Of a stretch of DNA of 60,850 bases, positions 50,309-60,850 are shown in pieces; position 1 is the first letter of the stretch; each line of letters begins with the position of its first letter. The DNA lies in contig JANBVM010000001.1 in assembly GCA_024239015.1 (NCBI GenBank), positions 1 through 60,850 of the forward strand, in the 5' to 3' direction. The stretch is from Patescibacteria group bacterium. GTDB lineage: Bacteria; Patescibacteriota; Minisyncoccia; Minisyncoccales; JANBVM01. Made by a program: the position numbers and the translations under genes. The notes below the pieces were generated by a model. The model was not told the origin of the DNA. It ran no database searches and saw nothing but the letters and a program-made list of their open reading frames with translations.

Positions 50309-50846
50309 AATTATCTAGTGAATGAATTATGTTTTTTTCTGTATAATCCTCATCGTAGATCTCTGAGGTTCCAGTAACCTCATTCAATTTTTCCAACTTA
50401 GGCAATCGTTCACCACATTTAGAACAAAACTGAATATGCGGCGAACAAAGAAAGCTACAATGGGGGCAAGGTACTTTTACGACTTTGTACTTAAAAAGGC
50501 TTTCTGGAGCCTTTACTTCCTTTGGCACACCCATCATCTCTGCTTTCAGGCTTAAAAGTTCTTCATATTTCCTTTTATCTAAGTATCCTTTATCTTCATA
50601 AATGCTGAATATTGCAGTTAAATTTTCATTCCCAGTTGAAAATTCTTCAAAAAATTCAATTTCGGAGGTATTTAATAAAGTATCGCCTTGTTCTTCTGCT
50701 TGATTAATGTAAAGGTGGAACCAGTAATATTGATTATTAGATAAATACTGTTTTAATTTGTAATGGAGCAGGAAGGAAGCGAAAAATTCATGGTGTTTGG
50801 CAAACGCTTCTAACCACTGGATTTCACTGTCAGTTAATTCTTTCAT
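50256..50846 (-). CDS. Protein sharing its N-terminal domain with 21757..23178, plus zinc ribbon; probably C-terminally truncated
   Basis: MKELTDSEIQWLEAFAK vs MKELSEEEEQWLEVFAK; CPHC...CSKC; tail overlaps the convergent ORF by 53 nt. Confidence 0.7.
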   Translation of the reverse strand: MKELTDSEIQWLEAFAKHHEFFASFLLHYKLKQYLSNNQYYWFHLYINQAEEQGDTLLNTSEIEFFEEFSTGNENLTAIFSIYEDKGYLDKRKYEELLSLKAEMMGVPKEVKAPESLFKYKVVKVPCPHCSFLCSPHIQFCSKCGERLPKLEKLNEVTGTSEIYDEDYTEKNIIHSLDNSIFLLNFLLNPWLLVFL

Positions 50847-50865
50847 TGATTGATAAGTCTAATTT

Positions 50866-53562
50866 TTAAATTAATAGACTATTAAATGGAAGATCCTCTA
50901 ATTTTAAATTATATTCAACATCTGATATCTCATTCAATTTATTTATTATTATATGTAGCTGATCCTCATATTCTTCTCTTCGAATCCCCATAAATGGATG
51001 TTTAAAAAGTATGTCTGTCATAGATTTTATTAAGACTTTGAATGAATCAAATATCATATTAAGATTCTCAATATTCTTTGGATTATTTAATAATGCTTTG
51101 TTATATTGATGGTTTTTATTAAATAGAACACCTACTTCAGGCACAACATTAGGAAGTATCATAAAAAGAACATCATTATCATCAAAGTCAACCATTTTAT
51201 ATATATTGAATATTTTTTTATAAGAATCATACTTTTCACTTAAATCAATTTTAATCATTGGTCCAAATTCAGATTGGAAAATTATCATTTTATATCTCTT
51301 TCTAAACAGATACTCTAGAATTAATAAATTGATATATATCGGGACAATAACAATAGGATCTATTCCAGATTCCCCTAAATCAACAAGTTCAATCTCATAC
51401 CATGGTAATGGAAGAAGAAAGTTTACTATTTTATTTCTTGAAATTACATCTTTTAAGGTTTTTTGTTCTATTTTATTTTTTGAAAACATGGTTAAAACAA
51501 TCAATTTTTCAAATAATTCATGATATTTTATAGTCCTAGTGTCTGAATAATAACTTTTTCCTCTAAATATATTAGTGAAAAATAATTTGGATAATTCCCC
51601 AACGTTGATTAGACCTTTTTCATTCTCAAAATTCCCTAGTTTAATAAATATAGCTTTAATAATTTCAATTTCAAAATCCTCCAAAAGAGAGTAAATCTTA
51701 TTTTTATTAATTATTTCCATTCTATTAAGACTTAATTCAAGATCATCAAAGACATTAATTTTTCCGAAAAGAAATTTCAAATTTCTACTACTTATCTTTT
51801 GTACGAAAATGCCCTTATTATATACTTCGATAAGATTATCTGGAACATCATCTTTTAAACATTGATTGATATTTCTACAAATTCTTTCTTTAGGATTAAT
51901 ACAAACGGCAATTCCTATTACTCCTCTAATATTTTTTAATTTGATTTCAGTGGAAATTATGGAATAATCGTTTAATTTTTCTATTTCTGTTAATTTGATA
52001 TATTGTTTTACATCTTCTTCTAAATTCATATTATATTGTTCCCTATTAATAATTTCAATCGTTCCGTTTTGGGAATTAATAATTTCTATTGGAAATTCAA
52101 CATCTTTAACATGTTTTTGAATATGTTTAATTAACTCTTTATAAGATAATTCTTCTTTTACTTCATTGCTTAAAATAAAAGTGATTTCTGTTCCTTCATT
52201 TTCAAGGCTAGAGTCATTATAAAAATAAAAATATGTTTTAAGGTTTGGATTTTTGTCAACTCTAAATCTTATTGTCTCTTTATTTTCCATTTTTGTTTCT
52301 ATTTCAAAAAAATCACTGATCATAAAATAGGAGAATACCCCAATTCCAAAAATAGATATTAAACTATTATTAATGGAAATCTCTTCACGATAAAATGATT
52401 TACCAAGTTTCCCAAAATAATTTTTCAAAATGAATAAATCCATACCACCTCCATTATCTTTTATTTTTACTTTATCATTACTATAAAATATTTCAATTTT
52501 GGGCTCAAAATCTTCATCTAACATTTTTTTATATTTACATGTGTCTATTGCATTTTGAATTGCTTCTCGTAAAGCGATATATTTATCTTGATAAAGATTT
52601 TTGCTAATAAAATATTGAAAGATATTATTTACATCGATTGTGAATCCTATTGGAATAGGTTGAAAATTAATAGGTTTAATATTTCTTCTTAATTTTCTCC
52701 AATGAAAAATGTATTCTTGATTACCTGTATTGCCTAAATTATATATTATTTCATAACAGTATTCAATTACGTTATCTATCTTATCAAATTGTTCATTTAA
52801 TGCGTTATATACTAACTGACTTTCTGTTTCACCAGTTATGATGATAACATCTCCATTATAATTAACCTGATGAGTAGATAAATGCTTTTCCCATTCTAAT
52901 TTTCCTCTGTCATCATCTGGTTTAAAAAATTTAATAATTAAATCAGGCAAACGTTTCTTAGATAAATCTAATTCATCAGCTAATCGTAAAATACAGCTTA
53001 GAAATGGCAAACAAATATAAGAATCTGTTTGATCTCTCAAAAAAAACTTTGTTGGATAATTTTTAATTTCCAATCTCCTATGGGCTTTGGAAACTAATGC
53101 TATTGCTTCAGCATAGTCTTCATTTATAATTTGCAATTCTGTGTTCCAATGTTTTTTAATAAAAGAAAAACTTAATTCATGGTGAATTTCTCTTATGAAA
53201 TCTACTTTTTTTGCATTTTTATTCTTAATTCTAAATTTATTATACTCTTCTCCATCTGCATATTTTAAAAGTTCTTCTGGGGGAATACACATTCCAATAT
53301 CATGTAAAATGCAAGCAGAAAGTAAAATATAAATTTCATCAGCATTTAACTTATCCGGTCCATCTTTAACTAATAGTGAAACTATATTTGCTACCATAAG
53401 TGAATGATCTATTGAATGATCTGTAAAAGTAGGAAAATTTACTACATACTTTTCTAGAAGTTTTCCCGCTTTTAATTTAATATTAGTGAAGGATACAAAA
53501 AGTTCTAAATCAAGATCTTTCAATTTTTTTTCTAGATCATTCTCAACCTTAATTGCATTCAT
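50866..53562 (-). CDS. HD-CE domain + Hsp90-like GHKL ATPase
   Basis: FTDHSIDHS, LHDIGM, LRLADELD; LREAIQNAID, DNGGGM, FGIGVFSYFM. Confidence 0.88.
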   Translation of the reverse strand: MNAIKVENDLEKKLKDLDLELFVSFTNIKLKAGKLLEKYVVNFPTFTDHSIDHSLMVANIVSLLVKDGPDKLNADEIYILLSACILHDIGMCIPPEELLKYADGEEYNKFRIKNKNAKKVDFIREIHHELSFSFIKKHWNTELQIINEDYAEAIALVSKAHRRLEIKNYPTKFFLRDQTDSYICLPFLSCILRLADELDLSKKRLPDLIIKFFKPDDDRGKLEWEKHLSTHQVNYNGDVIIITGETESQLVYNALNEQFDKIDNVIEYCYEIIYNLGNTGNQEYIFHWRKLRRNIKPINFQPIPIGFTIDVNNIFQYFISKNLYQDKYIALREAIQNAIDTCKYKKMLDEDFEPKIEIFYSNDKVKIKDNGGGMDLFILKNYFGKLGKSFYREEISINNSLISIFGIGVFSYFMISDFFEIETKMENKETIRFRVDKNPNLKTYFYFYNDSSLENEGTEITFILSNEVKEELSYKELIKHIQKHVKDVEFPIEIINSQNGTIEIINREQYNMNLEEDVKQYIKLTEIEKLNDYSIISTEIKLKNIRGVIGIAVCINPKERICRNINQCLKDDVPDNLIEVYNKGIFVQKISSRNLKFLFGKINVFDDLELSLNRMEIINKNKIYSLLEDFEIEIIKAIFIKLGNFENEKGLINVGELSKLFFTNIFRGKSYYSDTRTIKYHELFEKLIVLTMFSKNKIEQKTLKDVISRNKIVNFLLPLPWYEIELVDLGESGIDPIVIVPIYINLLILEYLFRKRYKMIIFQSEFGPMIKIDLSEKYDSYKKIFNIYKMVDFDDNDVLFMILPNVVPEVGVLFNKNHQYNKALLNNPKNIENLNMIFDSFKVLIKSMTDILFKHPFMGIRREEYEDQLHIIINKLNEISDVEYNLKLEDLPFNSLLI

Positions 53563-53994
53563 CTTCTATTTGAAATACTATATTTGGATTTTTGTAATAA
53601 AATAAGATTTTATAATATTTTAATGCATGTTTAATTCTCTAATGTAATTCAAATCCTTTAGAATCATTATTCCATTATAAGTTCGACCCTAATAATAGAG
53701 GGTGGGCTTAAGCAAAATTATAATTTTTTACAAAATTAGAAAAAAATTTTATAAAAGTAAACAGAAATAGTGATTATGGAAGAACCAAAGGAAATTGATC
53801 CGTCAAAGGAAGAATCAGATAAACAGTCAAGATCCAATAGACCATTATCTGAAGAATAATCAAACTAGATTCAGTGGAACGAAAAATATAAATTTTTTAT
53901 TTAAGGTCCTTTTATTAGGAGACCCTAAATCATATCAATTAATAGGTATATAAATATTTTGTATTAAAGAATTCTATAAATAAGTTATTAATCC

Positions 53995-55170
53995 TTAAAT
54001 CAAAATTTCTTTTCCCAGAATCCACACATCGTTTTCAACGTCAAGTTCTTCAGTTTTCTTATAAAAGGTCCTATTTTCTTGGCTTAAGACACCCAAATGT
54101 ACCAAGTGCCGTTTAAACGCGAAGAAGAAATTATAGTGCCCGAAGTCTGAGATTGTCTTTTTATAATTATCCATTAAGGCTTCTCTATTTCCGGATAAGA
54201 ACATGGATATAACTTTATCCTTTGCCGTTGGCTTAACAAAAAAATTCAAAAAGAGGTTAGGGTGCTCCAAGATCAATATATCTATTATTTCTTTCGAACT
54301 GACTTCGGTTTTATCAAAACTTTGAAGGATTGAGACGAACTGTTTAAAATCTGGATTTTGAAAATATATAAGCTGTAGAAATTTGGCGAGAGATGGGAAT
54401 TCTGAGTACACACACTTGTTTCTCTGAGTTTGATTTAACCTTTCCTGTAATTTAGAGATGGAATCTATACCAATCGAAATAAAATGTTCTAAGCAGAATT
54501 GACCAATTATAGACAAATTATAACCATTTTCATTTAAATCTAAAATTCCAATCGTATTTGCTCCACCAATAAGTTCACTGTAAGCCTTATTACTCCAATC
54601 GACCTGTTCAAAGTTGCTTATCAATTCCTTTTTTGTTCTTGATTTAGTCTCCCGACCTTGAAACAAGAAAAGCGGAGCGAAATAGTTAATGATGTGAGTC
54701 CGACCAAATGACGAGAAACTTCTATTTTTCTTTTTCTGATGCTGGAGTACGGTTAATTCATTTTTGACATCATCTAGGAAAATCGGGGATATATTATAAA
54801 GAGGGTTAATGACTTCCACACTTGAACCAGATTCATCTACCGAAATTAATCCTAATCCCGAAGATAGTGCGATGTTAGAAATTTTATTTAAAAAGCTATT
54901 TATCCCTCCTATATAAGATAGATGTACTCCAGATTTGTAAGTTAGAGCTTGACCTATTGCTTTTTTATAATCGGTGAGACCTTTTACTTCCACGGCAAAA
55001 ATTTGCTTAACATTATTTAATCCAAAAATATCAGGGCGAGCACCACTGATTAGTAAACAATGCTTTTGAAAGCGTAAATCTTTATGAATAGGATGATCAT
55101 CAATCCAAAATTGCCAGCTTTCATGTTGTAAGTGTTCACAAATTCGGGATACGACTTCCGCTTCATTCAC
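53995..55170 (-). CDS. PD-(D/E)XK endonuclease family protein
   Basis: RPDIFG...AVEVKG...KAIGQALTY. Confidence 0.75.
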   Translation of the reverse strand: MNEAEVVSRICEHLQHESWQFWIDDHPIHKDLRFQKHCLLISGARPDIFGLNNVKQIFAVEVKGLTDYKKAIGQALTYKSGVHLSYIGGINSFLNKISNIALSSGLGLISVDESGSSVEVINPLYNISPIFLDDVKNELTVLQHQKKKNRSFSSFGRTHIINYFAPLFLFQGRETKSRTKKELISNFEQVDWSNKAYSELIGGANTIGILDLNENGYNLSIIGQFCLEHFISIGIDSISKLQERLNQTQRNKCVYSEFPSLAKFLQLIYFQNPDFKQFVSILQSFDKTEVSSKEIIDILILEHPNLFLNFFVKPTAKDKVISMFLSGNREALMDNYKKTISDFGHYNFFFAFKRHLVHLGVLSQENRTFYKKTEELDVENDVWILGKEILI

Positions 55171-55346
55171 ATGATTTTATAGGTTCTCTTTTATTTAAGG
55201 TTTTTTTATGATTATTTATTATTTAACATTAAATTTGCAAAAGATTATTTTTACTCAAGTGTCGAAAAAATTCAATACACAAAACAAATACAGCTACTTC
55301 TTCGTGAAAGTTTTTTAGTATTTCTTATTATTATACATAGAATGAA

Positions 55347-57317
55347 ATGGTAGATCCCGATATAACTTCAGATAGAATTTTATCTTTAATTTCTGATCAA
55401 TGGCTTACGAAGGCAGATATTGCCTATAAATTAGGAATAAAACATTCTTCAGACAGAAAATATTTAACTAAAAAAATAGAAGAACTAAACCGTACAGAGA
55501 GGTTAATATCTCTTATTTATAATGACTGGGTTTATTGGAAACGTAACAATTCTGAAAGCATTGTAGAATTAAAGATTAGCTTTTGTTTAGCGATATTAGA
55601 TGAGGACCCATTTGATGCTGAGCTTTGGTACAAGCTAGGTAATCAGTATTTAGAATATGGGGGATATGACATGGAAGAGTTAAATATAGATCTTATTGTA
55701 ATAGATACTTTTATGCAAAGTAAAAAATGCTATAAAAATGCTCTAAGTGTTGTTGATCCCGAAATTAACCTCAAACTCTATTTTGATATTTTACTAAATT
55801 TAGCTGTGATTTATGTCATGCTCGGAGAACCGGATAAAGCACAATCTCAGATTGATTTCTTGCTTGAAATTGAAGAAGAATTTGAAGTAGATTTCATTGG
55901 TGAAATGTATAAGAAATTGGCGCAAGTCTATCTTAATAAAGCTGATTATAATCAAGCATTACATTATGCGACAGAGTCTCATATGAGATTATTAGAAGAT
56001 GAAACGCTAGAAATTATCTTCCATAAAATAGACATCGAAAAAAAAAAAGAAGAGGACTCCACTAAAAAAGATCTAACACTAGAATTGAGTATTAATCCTC
56101 TCGACCATCAAGAACTAAATGATCAAAATCTGGATTTTTTGCTACAGGAAGAGATACTTGCTAAATGGAAAAAAGAGACTGATAATAAAATTGTTTGGGT
56201 TGCACAATTAGAAGGTGTTGAATTTAAGCTTTATATCCCTAAATGGAGAATTCCTCAACCAGATCCAGAAGAAATTTTAATAAAAATATATTCTCCTTCT
56301 GAAAAGGTAGGAAAAGAAGAATTCATCACTAAAGATGATATTCAATTAAACCCTAAATTAAAAAATAATACCATTTATTCAGATATTCACAGAATTAGTG
56401 AGCATACTCAAACAATTAGATTTGATCCAGATGGAGACCGCGAGAATTGGGAAATAGGGAGCCCTTATATACCTAAATCAATATTAAAAGGAAATAATAT
56501 TGATAAACTTTCTATAGCAGTTGAATGGCTTAGTGAAAACGTTTTAGAAAAACCAGGAGCATTTTCAGCACAAGAGGATAGTACTTTATCTAAAAGCACA
56601 CAAGGTGAAGAGGTAGAAAATCTATTTGAAACCAATCAGCACTCAATTACTAAGGATGGAAATTTAAAAATTACTAGAAAGAATGTTTTAACTGTTATTG
56701 ATGGACCAAATTCCTTTGGTGAAGACTATAAAGATCAATTAGATTTAGAAAAAGTTGCTGATTACTCTCACGATTTAGATAAAAATGCAGGTCTTTATTA
56801 TTTTACAAAAACAACTGAAAATTACCACCAGCAAACTTATCTCTCTCGTATTGGGTATAAAGTACAACCATTTCATAAGGATATCGATTATGCTTTAAGG
56901 GATCTAATTAGAGAAAAGCTAAATTCAAATCAACCCCCAACCTTAATTCTCCTTGGTGCTAAGGATCAAGACTACACAGGTTTCATCAAACAAATTCGTA
57001 GAGAATTCAATATCGAGATAAAACTTGTGATTTCATCTGAAAAAGGTTTATCTAATTCACTTAAAAGATCATTTAAAGAAGAAGATATCTTAAAATTTCC
57101 AAAAGAAATGAAAATGGAATCTCGCGTTAGGGAATCAGTTTTTACATTTTTGGAAGGAGATGAGGGTCGTATTATTAGTAAGACTCAAACAGGAAAAATA
57201 TGTCTTCCAGATAGAGCAGGTAATTTTCAACCTAATGTAGGGGAGAAATGGATTTGTAAGATAAAAAAAGAATTTGATAGTTCAATAATTCTAACACTAA
57301 TCAAAAAGATTGGTTGA
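55347..57317 (+). CDS. Multidomain protein: wHTH-like + TPR + NYN-like domain
   Basis: TKADIAYKLG; DAELWYKLG-type TPRs; VIDGPNS...KDID...LGAKDQDY (LabA/NYN-like). Confidence 0.65.
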   Translation: MVDPDITSDRILSLISDQWLTKADIAYKLGIKHSSDRKYLTKKIEELNRTERLISLIYNDWVYWKRNNSESIVELKISFCLAILDEDPFDAELWYKLGNQYLEYGGYDMEELNIDLIVIDTFMQSKKCYKNALSVVDPEINLKLYFDILLNLAVIYVMLGEPDKAQSQIDFLLEIEEEFEVDFIGEMYKKLAQVYLNKADYNQALHYATESHMRLLEDETLEIIFHKIDIEKKKEEDSTKKDLTLELSINPLDHQELNDQNLDFLLQEEILAKWKKETDNKIVWVAQLEGVEFKLYIPKWRIPQPDPEEILIKIYSPSEKVGKEEFITKDDIQLNPKLKNNTIYSDIHRISEHTQTIRFDPDGDRENWEIGSPYIPKSILKGNNIDKLSIAVEWLSENVLEKPGAFSAQEDSTLSKSTQGEEVENLFETNQHSITKDGNLKITRKNVLTVIDGPNSFGEDYKDQLDLEKVADYSHDLDKNAGLYYFTKTTENYHQQTYLSRIGYKVQPFHKDIDYALRDLIREKLNSNQPPTLILLGAKDQDYTGFIKQIRREFNIEIKLVISSEKGLSNSLKRSFKEEDILKFPKEMKMESRVRESVFTFLEGDEGRIISKTQTGKICLPDRAGNFQPNVGEKWICKIKKEFDSSIILTLIKKIG

Positions 57318-57493
57318 GCTTTAAATACGTTAACTTAATAGTCAAGATAAAGAGGGTGAAATAATGCAAAAAAACTCAATTAGGTTAACTAAAAGAATTA
57401 TAAATGTAGAGGCTATTTTATAGTTCTAGCTAAGATTTAGATTTTTCATCTTTAAAAGAAGTCCAATCTCATTTGACAATGTTTCAGGTTTAA

Positions 57494-58372
57494 TTAAGCT
57501 TTAAGAATGTCTAATTTTCGAATTAATTCAGAAATTAAACGGTTATCTTGATTATTCATAATTCTATTCCATATGCCAGCTTGGTTCGCATTATGTGGTA
57601 AAGCTATATACTTTCCTTTTATATTATCTAAGTTATCCGATCTACTATAAAATTTTCCAATCTCGAATAGATACTCACCAAATTGGGTGGGTTTAATATT
57701 GAATTGTCTTTCAAATTCCTTTCTATTGTCGTCTAAGAATTTTAAAAATGTATTATTAGGTAGCAATCTTAGATATTTCTTTAGTTCTTCTTTTACCGCT
57801 TTTCCTAAGAAAATTAAACTTAAATTATCATTAAAACAATTTAATTCTTCAGTGAAATAATTTTTAGAGCATTCATTCCTAGCTTTACGTAGGAATTTAT
57901 CCTCAGTATAACATTTTGCTAGATCAGTACCATAAATCCTATCTAAATTATTTCTCAAATCCAATATTAGATCTATGTATTCCCATAATTCATGTTTACT
58001 TTTTAGGAGTTTTACATCAGAATAGAATCCTAACTCATACCAAATGTGTACGAAAGACCATTTCAACGGTTTATAATTTTCCTTTATAGCTTTTCTTAAT
58101 GAATTCTCGTTAGATACTTCTGAACCAATGATGACTATATCTTTATTAAAAAAAAAATTATTTTTATAAGACATCTTACCTACCCATCCTGGAAAGTCTT
58201 GATGACTACGATTTGAACAAATTTTGCATTTTGATTGTCTTTTCTGTCCATTAGTCATTAAAGATCTTATTATATCGCTTCTACTTTTTAATTCTTCTCC
58301 ATTTTGCTTTAAGATTTCATTAACTATTATTGGAGAGTAAATTTTTTCAAGTAGAAGTCTTAATGATCCCAT
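57494..58372 (-). CDS. Uracil-DNA-glycosylase-fold protein (divergent)
   Basis: YGTDLAKC...C...F.EEL...IFLGK.V...LPH pattern. Confidence 0.55.
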   Translation of the reverse strand: MGSLRLLLEKIYSPIIVNEILKQNGEELKSRSDIIRSLMTNGQKRQSKCKICSNRSHQDFPGWVGKMSYKNNFFFNKDIVIIGSEVSNENSLRKAIKENYKPLKWSFVHIWYELGFYSDVKLLKSKHELWEYIDLILDLRNNLDRIYGTDLAKCYTEDKFLRKARNECSKNYFTEELNCFNDNLSLIFLGKAVKEELKKYLRLLPNNTFLKFLDDNRKEFERQFNIKPTQFGEYLFEIGKFYSRSDNLDNIKGKYIALPHNANQAGIWNRIMNNQDNRLISELIRKLDILKA

Positions 58373-58633
58373 TTTATAACCTCTATAGCTATTAATGAAT
58401 TTTTATGGTATAAATAAGAGCATTTTACTTATTTAATTAAATGGTTTTCACCAAATAAATTATCCTTCAAAAACAAAATCGCATTATTTGGGTAATAAAC
58501 CTCAATTAAGAAATTTAATTTTACTATTAAATTCTGGTAAATTCAAGAAAAGAATTTACTAATTTATTCTTAAAAGTTAAATAGAAGCCCAATTTGTATA
58601 TAGTTAGATATTTGTTAATATTAGGGTGATTTT

Positions 58634-60220
58634 ATGACTTCATTAACTTTTCATGGTGGAATATCGACTATCGGTGGAAATTGCGTTATCATTGAGGAGA
58701 GCAACACTCGAATCATGTTTGACAATGGGATGTGCTTTTCCAGTGAAGGCGCTTATTACAAAGATTTCTCAAGTCCCAGGACGAACAACGATTTACGGGA
58801 TTATCTAAAATTAGGCTTAATTCCTGAAATTCCCGGGATATACGGAAAAGAAAAGATTAACGATGTGTGTCTCGAAGATGCTGATCCTGAGAGTGAGTAT
58901 TTATTTAAAGCCGATCTTATCAGTTATGAGGATTATATGGAAGATAATGGCGCACCATACATTTCCGCGCTATTTTTAACGCATGCTCATTTAGACCATG
59001 TCCGTAATATTATGTTTATGGCTCCCGAAATTCCTATTTATTGTTCTGAAATTACAAAACGACTATTAGAAATCATCTGCGACACTTCGGATTATGATTT
59101 TTTTCATTACAGTTATCATGAGAAAGGAGAGAGAAGTAAGAACAGTTTTTTTCCTGGTTCTGTATTTAAAAAAAAATGCAAAAGGGAGAGATTTTTAGAG
59201 ACAATCGTTCCTAATGAACCTATGGAACTTCCGGAAGAAAAAGGCCTTTTTAAAATAGAAGGTTATCCGGTCGATCATTCGGTACCTGGTGCGATGGCGT
59301 TTAAAGTCACTACAAAGAGTGGGAAGACGATAATATATACCGGGGATATAAGATTTCATGGACATGACTATGAGAAGAAAATATCTGATGATTTTGTAAA
59401 AAAGGTCGGTTCTAATCCAGACATTTTGATATCGGAAGGGACCAGAATTGGTGATAATAAGGAATTTGGTGAAAGCGATGTTTATCACAATATTAGTGCT
59501 TCATTGAAAAAAGACAACAACCTGTCAAAAAAGTTGATAATAGCATCTTTTCCTTGGAAGTCTATTTCACGCTTTGTTACAGTCCATCAAATTGCTAAGG
59601 ATTTAAAAAGAGTTTTAGTAATTCAACCGAAATTGGCGTATACAATTCACAATTTGCAAGATTTTGATTCAATAATGATAAAAGGAGTTTTAAAAGAAGA
59701 TACTGTAAAGATATTCTTACCAAGGAAATATAGTATGATTTATTCTGATGATGATTATAAAACGACTAAATATCATGTATCCTATGATGTAAAATGGCCA
59801 AAGAACCAGCCAATTGGGTTCTATTCAGCTGAATATGGAGAAAATATTTTAGTCAGGGCATGTGATATAAAAGAAAATCCGAGTGATTATTTACTGCACC
59901 TTAACTTTTATGAGCTTAACGAGTTAATTGATATCTGTCCTCCGAAAGATAGTTATTTTTTCAATCTTAAGACAGAGCCTTTTGATGAGGAGGGAGAGCT
60001 TGAAGAAAAAGTTCTTATGAATTGGATATCGAAATTCAGTTTACAATTTGAAGGAGAGAAATATCACGCGTCTGGTCATGCTCCGGGCATTCATATCAGA
60101 GAGATGATAAATAAAATTAGACCAATGAAGATTTTTCCAATTCATACTGAAAAGCCAGAACTATTTAAATATGAAAATGCTGAGACACACATAATAAAAG
60201 GGCAGAAATATTTCATTTAA
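58634..60220 (+). CDS. Metallo-beta-lactamase/beta-CASP RNase J-like hydrolase
   Basis: GGISTIGGN, THAHLDH, VDHS, YTGD, SEGT, HASGH, PIHTE. Confidence 0.9.
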   Translation: MTSLTFHGGISTIGGNCVIIEESNTRIMFDNGMCFSSEGAYYKDFSSPRTNNDLRDYLKLGLIPEIPGIYGKEKINDVCLEDADPESEYLFKADLISYEDYMEDNGAPYISALFLTHAHLDHVRNIMFMAPEIPIYCSEITKRLLEIICDTSDYDFFHYSYHEKGERSKNSFFPGSVFKKKCKRERFLETIVPNEPMELPEEKGLFKIEGYPVDHSVPGAMAFKVTTKSGKTIIYTGDIRFHGHDYEKKISDDFVKKVGSNPDILISEGTRIGDNKEFGESDVYHNISASLKKDNNLSKKLIIASFPWKSISRFVTVHQIAKDLKRVLVIQPKLAYTIHNLQDFDSIMIKGVLKEDTVKIFLPRKYSMIYSDDDYKTTKYHVSYDVKWPKNQPIGFYSAEYGENILVRACDIKENPSDYLLHLNFYELNELIDICPPKDSYFFNLKTEPFDEEGELEEKVLMNWISKFSLQFEGEKYHASGHAPGIHIREMINKIRPMKIFPIHTEKPELFKYENAETHIIKGQKYFI

Positions 60221-60328
60221 TAGGAAAAGACACCTTCATACCTCTAACGACGATCAGAAATAATCTTGTGATATTTAAATATTAAACACATACATATTAA
60301 ACATCATCCTATTATTGAGTGAGGTCAA

Positions 60329-60850
60329 ATGGAAAAGACAGAAAAATCAGTAAGACTCACCTTATTAGGGGGTGTAAATGAAGTAGGGGGCAATATAGTA
60401 TTATTAGAGGATCTTAAATACGACGTAAAAGTGTTCTTAGATTTTGGGATTAAGATTAAAAAATATAAGAATGAATATGAGCGTAATCAGTATCCATCAT
60501 CAATAGATGAATTGGTAAGGCTTTGTTTACTTCCTAATGAAGACCATATTCAACTTGAGAACTTATATATTAAAGAGTTCAAATTTGCCAAACAAAATGT
60601 GAAAATAGAGATTAAAGATAACGGTCAAATTAATGCTGATAATCGTTTCTCTAATTTAGATGGGATTTTTATCTCACATCCGCATAAGGATCATTATTTT
60701 GGCCTATCTTTCATAAATCGAACTATTCCTATCTACACAGGGGTTGTTACGAAAAGAATTATTCGCGCTTACTGTAAATCTTCTAAGGTTTCAATTGAAA
60801 ATAATTTTAATGGTTTGAATTGGCAGCCATTCCGAACTGGAGATATCATA
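60329..60850 (+). CDS. Second MBL-fold RNase J-like hydrolase, partial
   Basis: Own translation: MEKTEKSVRLTLLGGVNEVGGN...FLDFG...ISHPHKDH; open to the window end. Confidence 0.85.
   Translation, partial: MEKTEKSVRLTLLGGVNEVGGNIVLLEDLKYDVKVFLDFGIKIKKYKNEYERNQYPSSIDELVRLCLLPNEDHIQLENLYIKEFKFAKQNVKIEIKDNGQINADNRFSNLDGIFISHPHKDHYFGLSFINRTIPIYTGVVTKRIIRAYCKSSKVSIENNFNGLNWQPFRTGDII

Noticed and set aside
55301..55309. Perfect arm TTCGTGAAA
   Set aside because: No spacer adjacent; a lone 9-mer can occur by chance in AT-rich DNA.
4189..59488. Short track ORFs overlapping longer genes (4189, 5966, 10052, 11550, 11701, 13729, 18908, 22081, 22259, 24198, 29663, 38328, 38972, 44028, 46243, 46610, 49261, 51329, 59195)
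   Set aside because: Antisense or alternate-frame shadows with no recognisable motifs.
1..60850. Integrase, transposase, tRNA or rRNA genes
   Set aside because: No tyrosine/serine recombinase or DDE motifs were recognised in any ORF, and no GC-rich structured RNA gene was visible by eye.

Overview
AT-rich accessory/defence region, probably from an Asgard archaeon. Lokiarchaeia is inferred from a Loki-CTERM-like sorting tail, GGAG/GGTG-type RBSs and archaeal TATA-like elements; this is not proven. It encodes about 50 mostly defence-type genes: two TIR-TM operons, a SAMHD1-like HD dNTPase with a YwgA-like partner, DUF3800, several PD-(D/E)XK nucleases, NYN RNases, an SMC-like ATPase, Panacea-like/RelE-like TA pairs, NERD-UvrD, an N4/N6 MTase, an REase-nSTAND3 protein, a SNF2-DUF1156-DUF499-Mrr cluster, an ADP-ribosylglycohydrolase and an HD-CE/Hsp90-like ATPase. 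The main observation is non-coding. One complete 9-6-9 palindromic site, TTCGTGAAA-TAACCG-TTTCACGAA (4961-4984), has the layout of a tyrosine-recombinase (dif/loxP-like) site. It is surrounded by 14 intergenic half-sites (one arm plus the whole 6-bp spacer) between 397 and 36985. The 4 half-sites to its left carry only the left arm, the 10 to its right carry only the right arm, and the spacer occurs in both orientations. Repeated integration, excision and inversion between one intact site and one-armed cassette sites would produce exactly this geometry. I therefore propose a bidirectional integron/shufflon-like defence-cassette array whose recombinase is not encoded in the window; the mechanism is inference. 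No CRISPR array, rRNA, tRNA, transposase or integrase was recognised.
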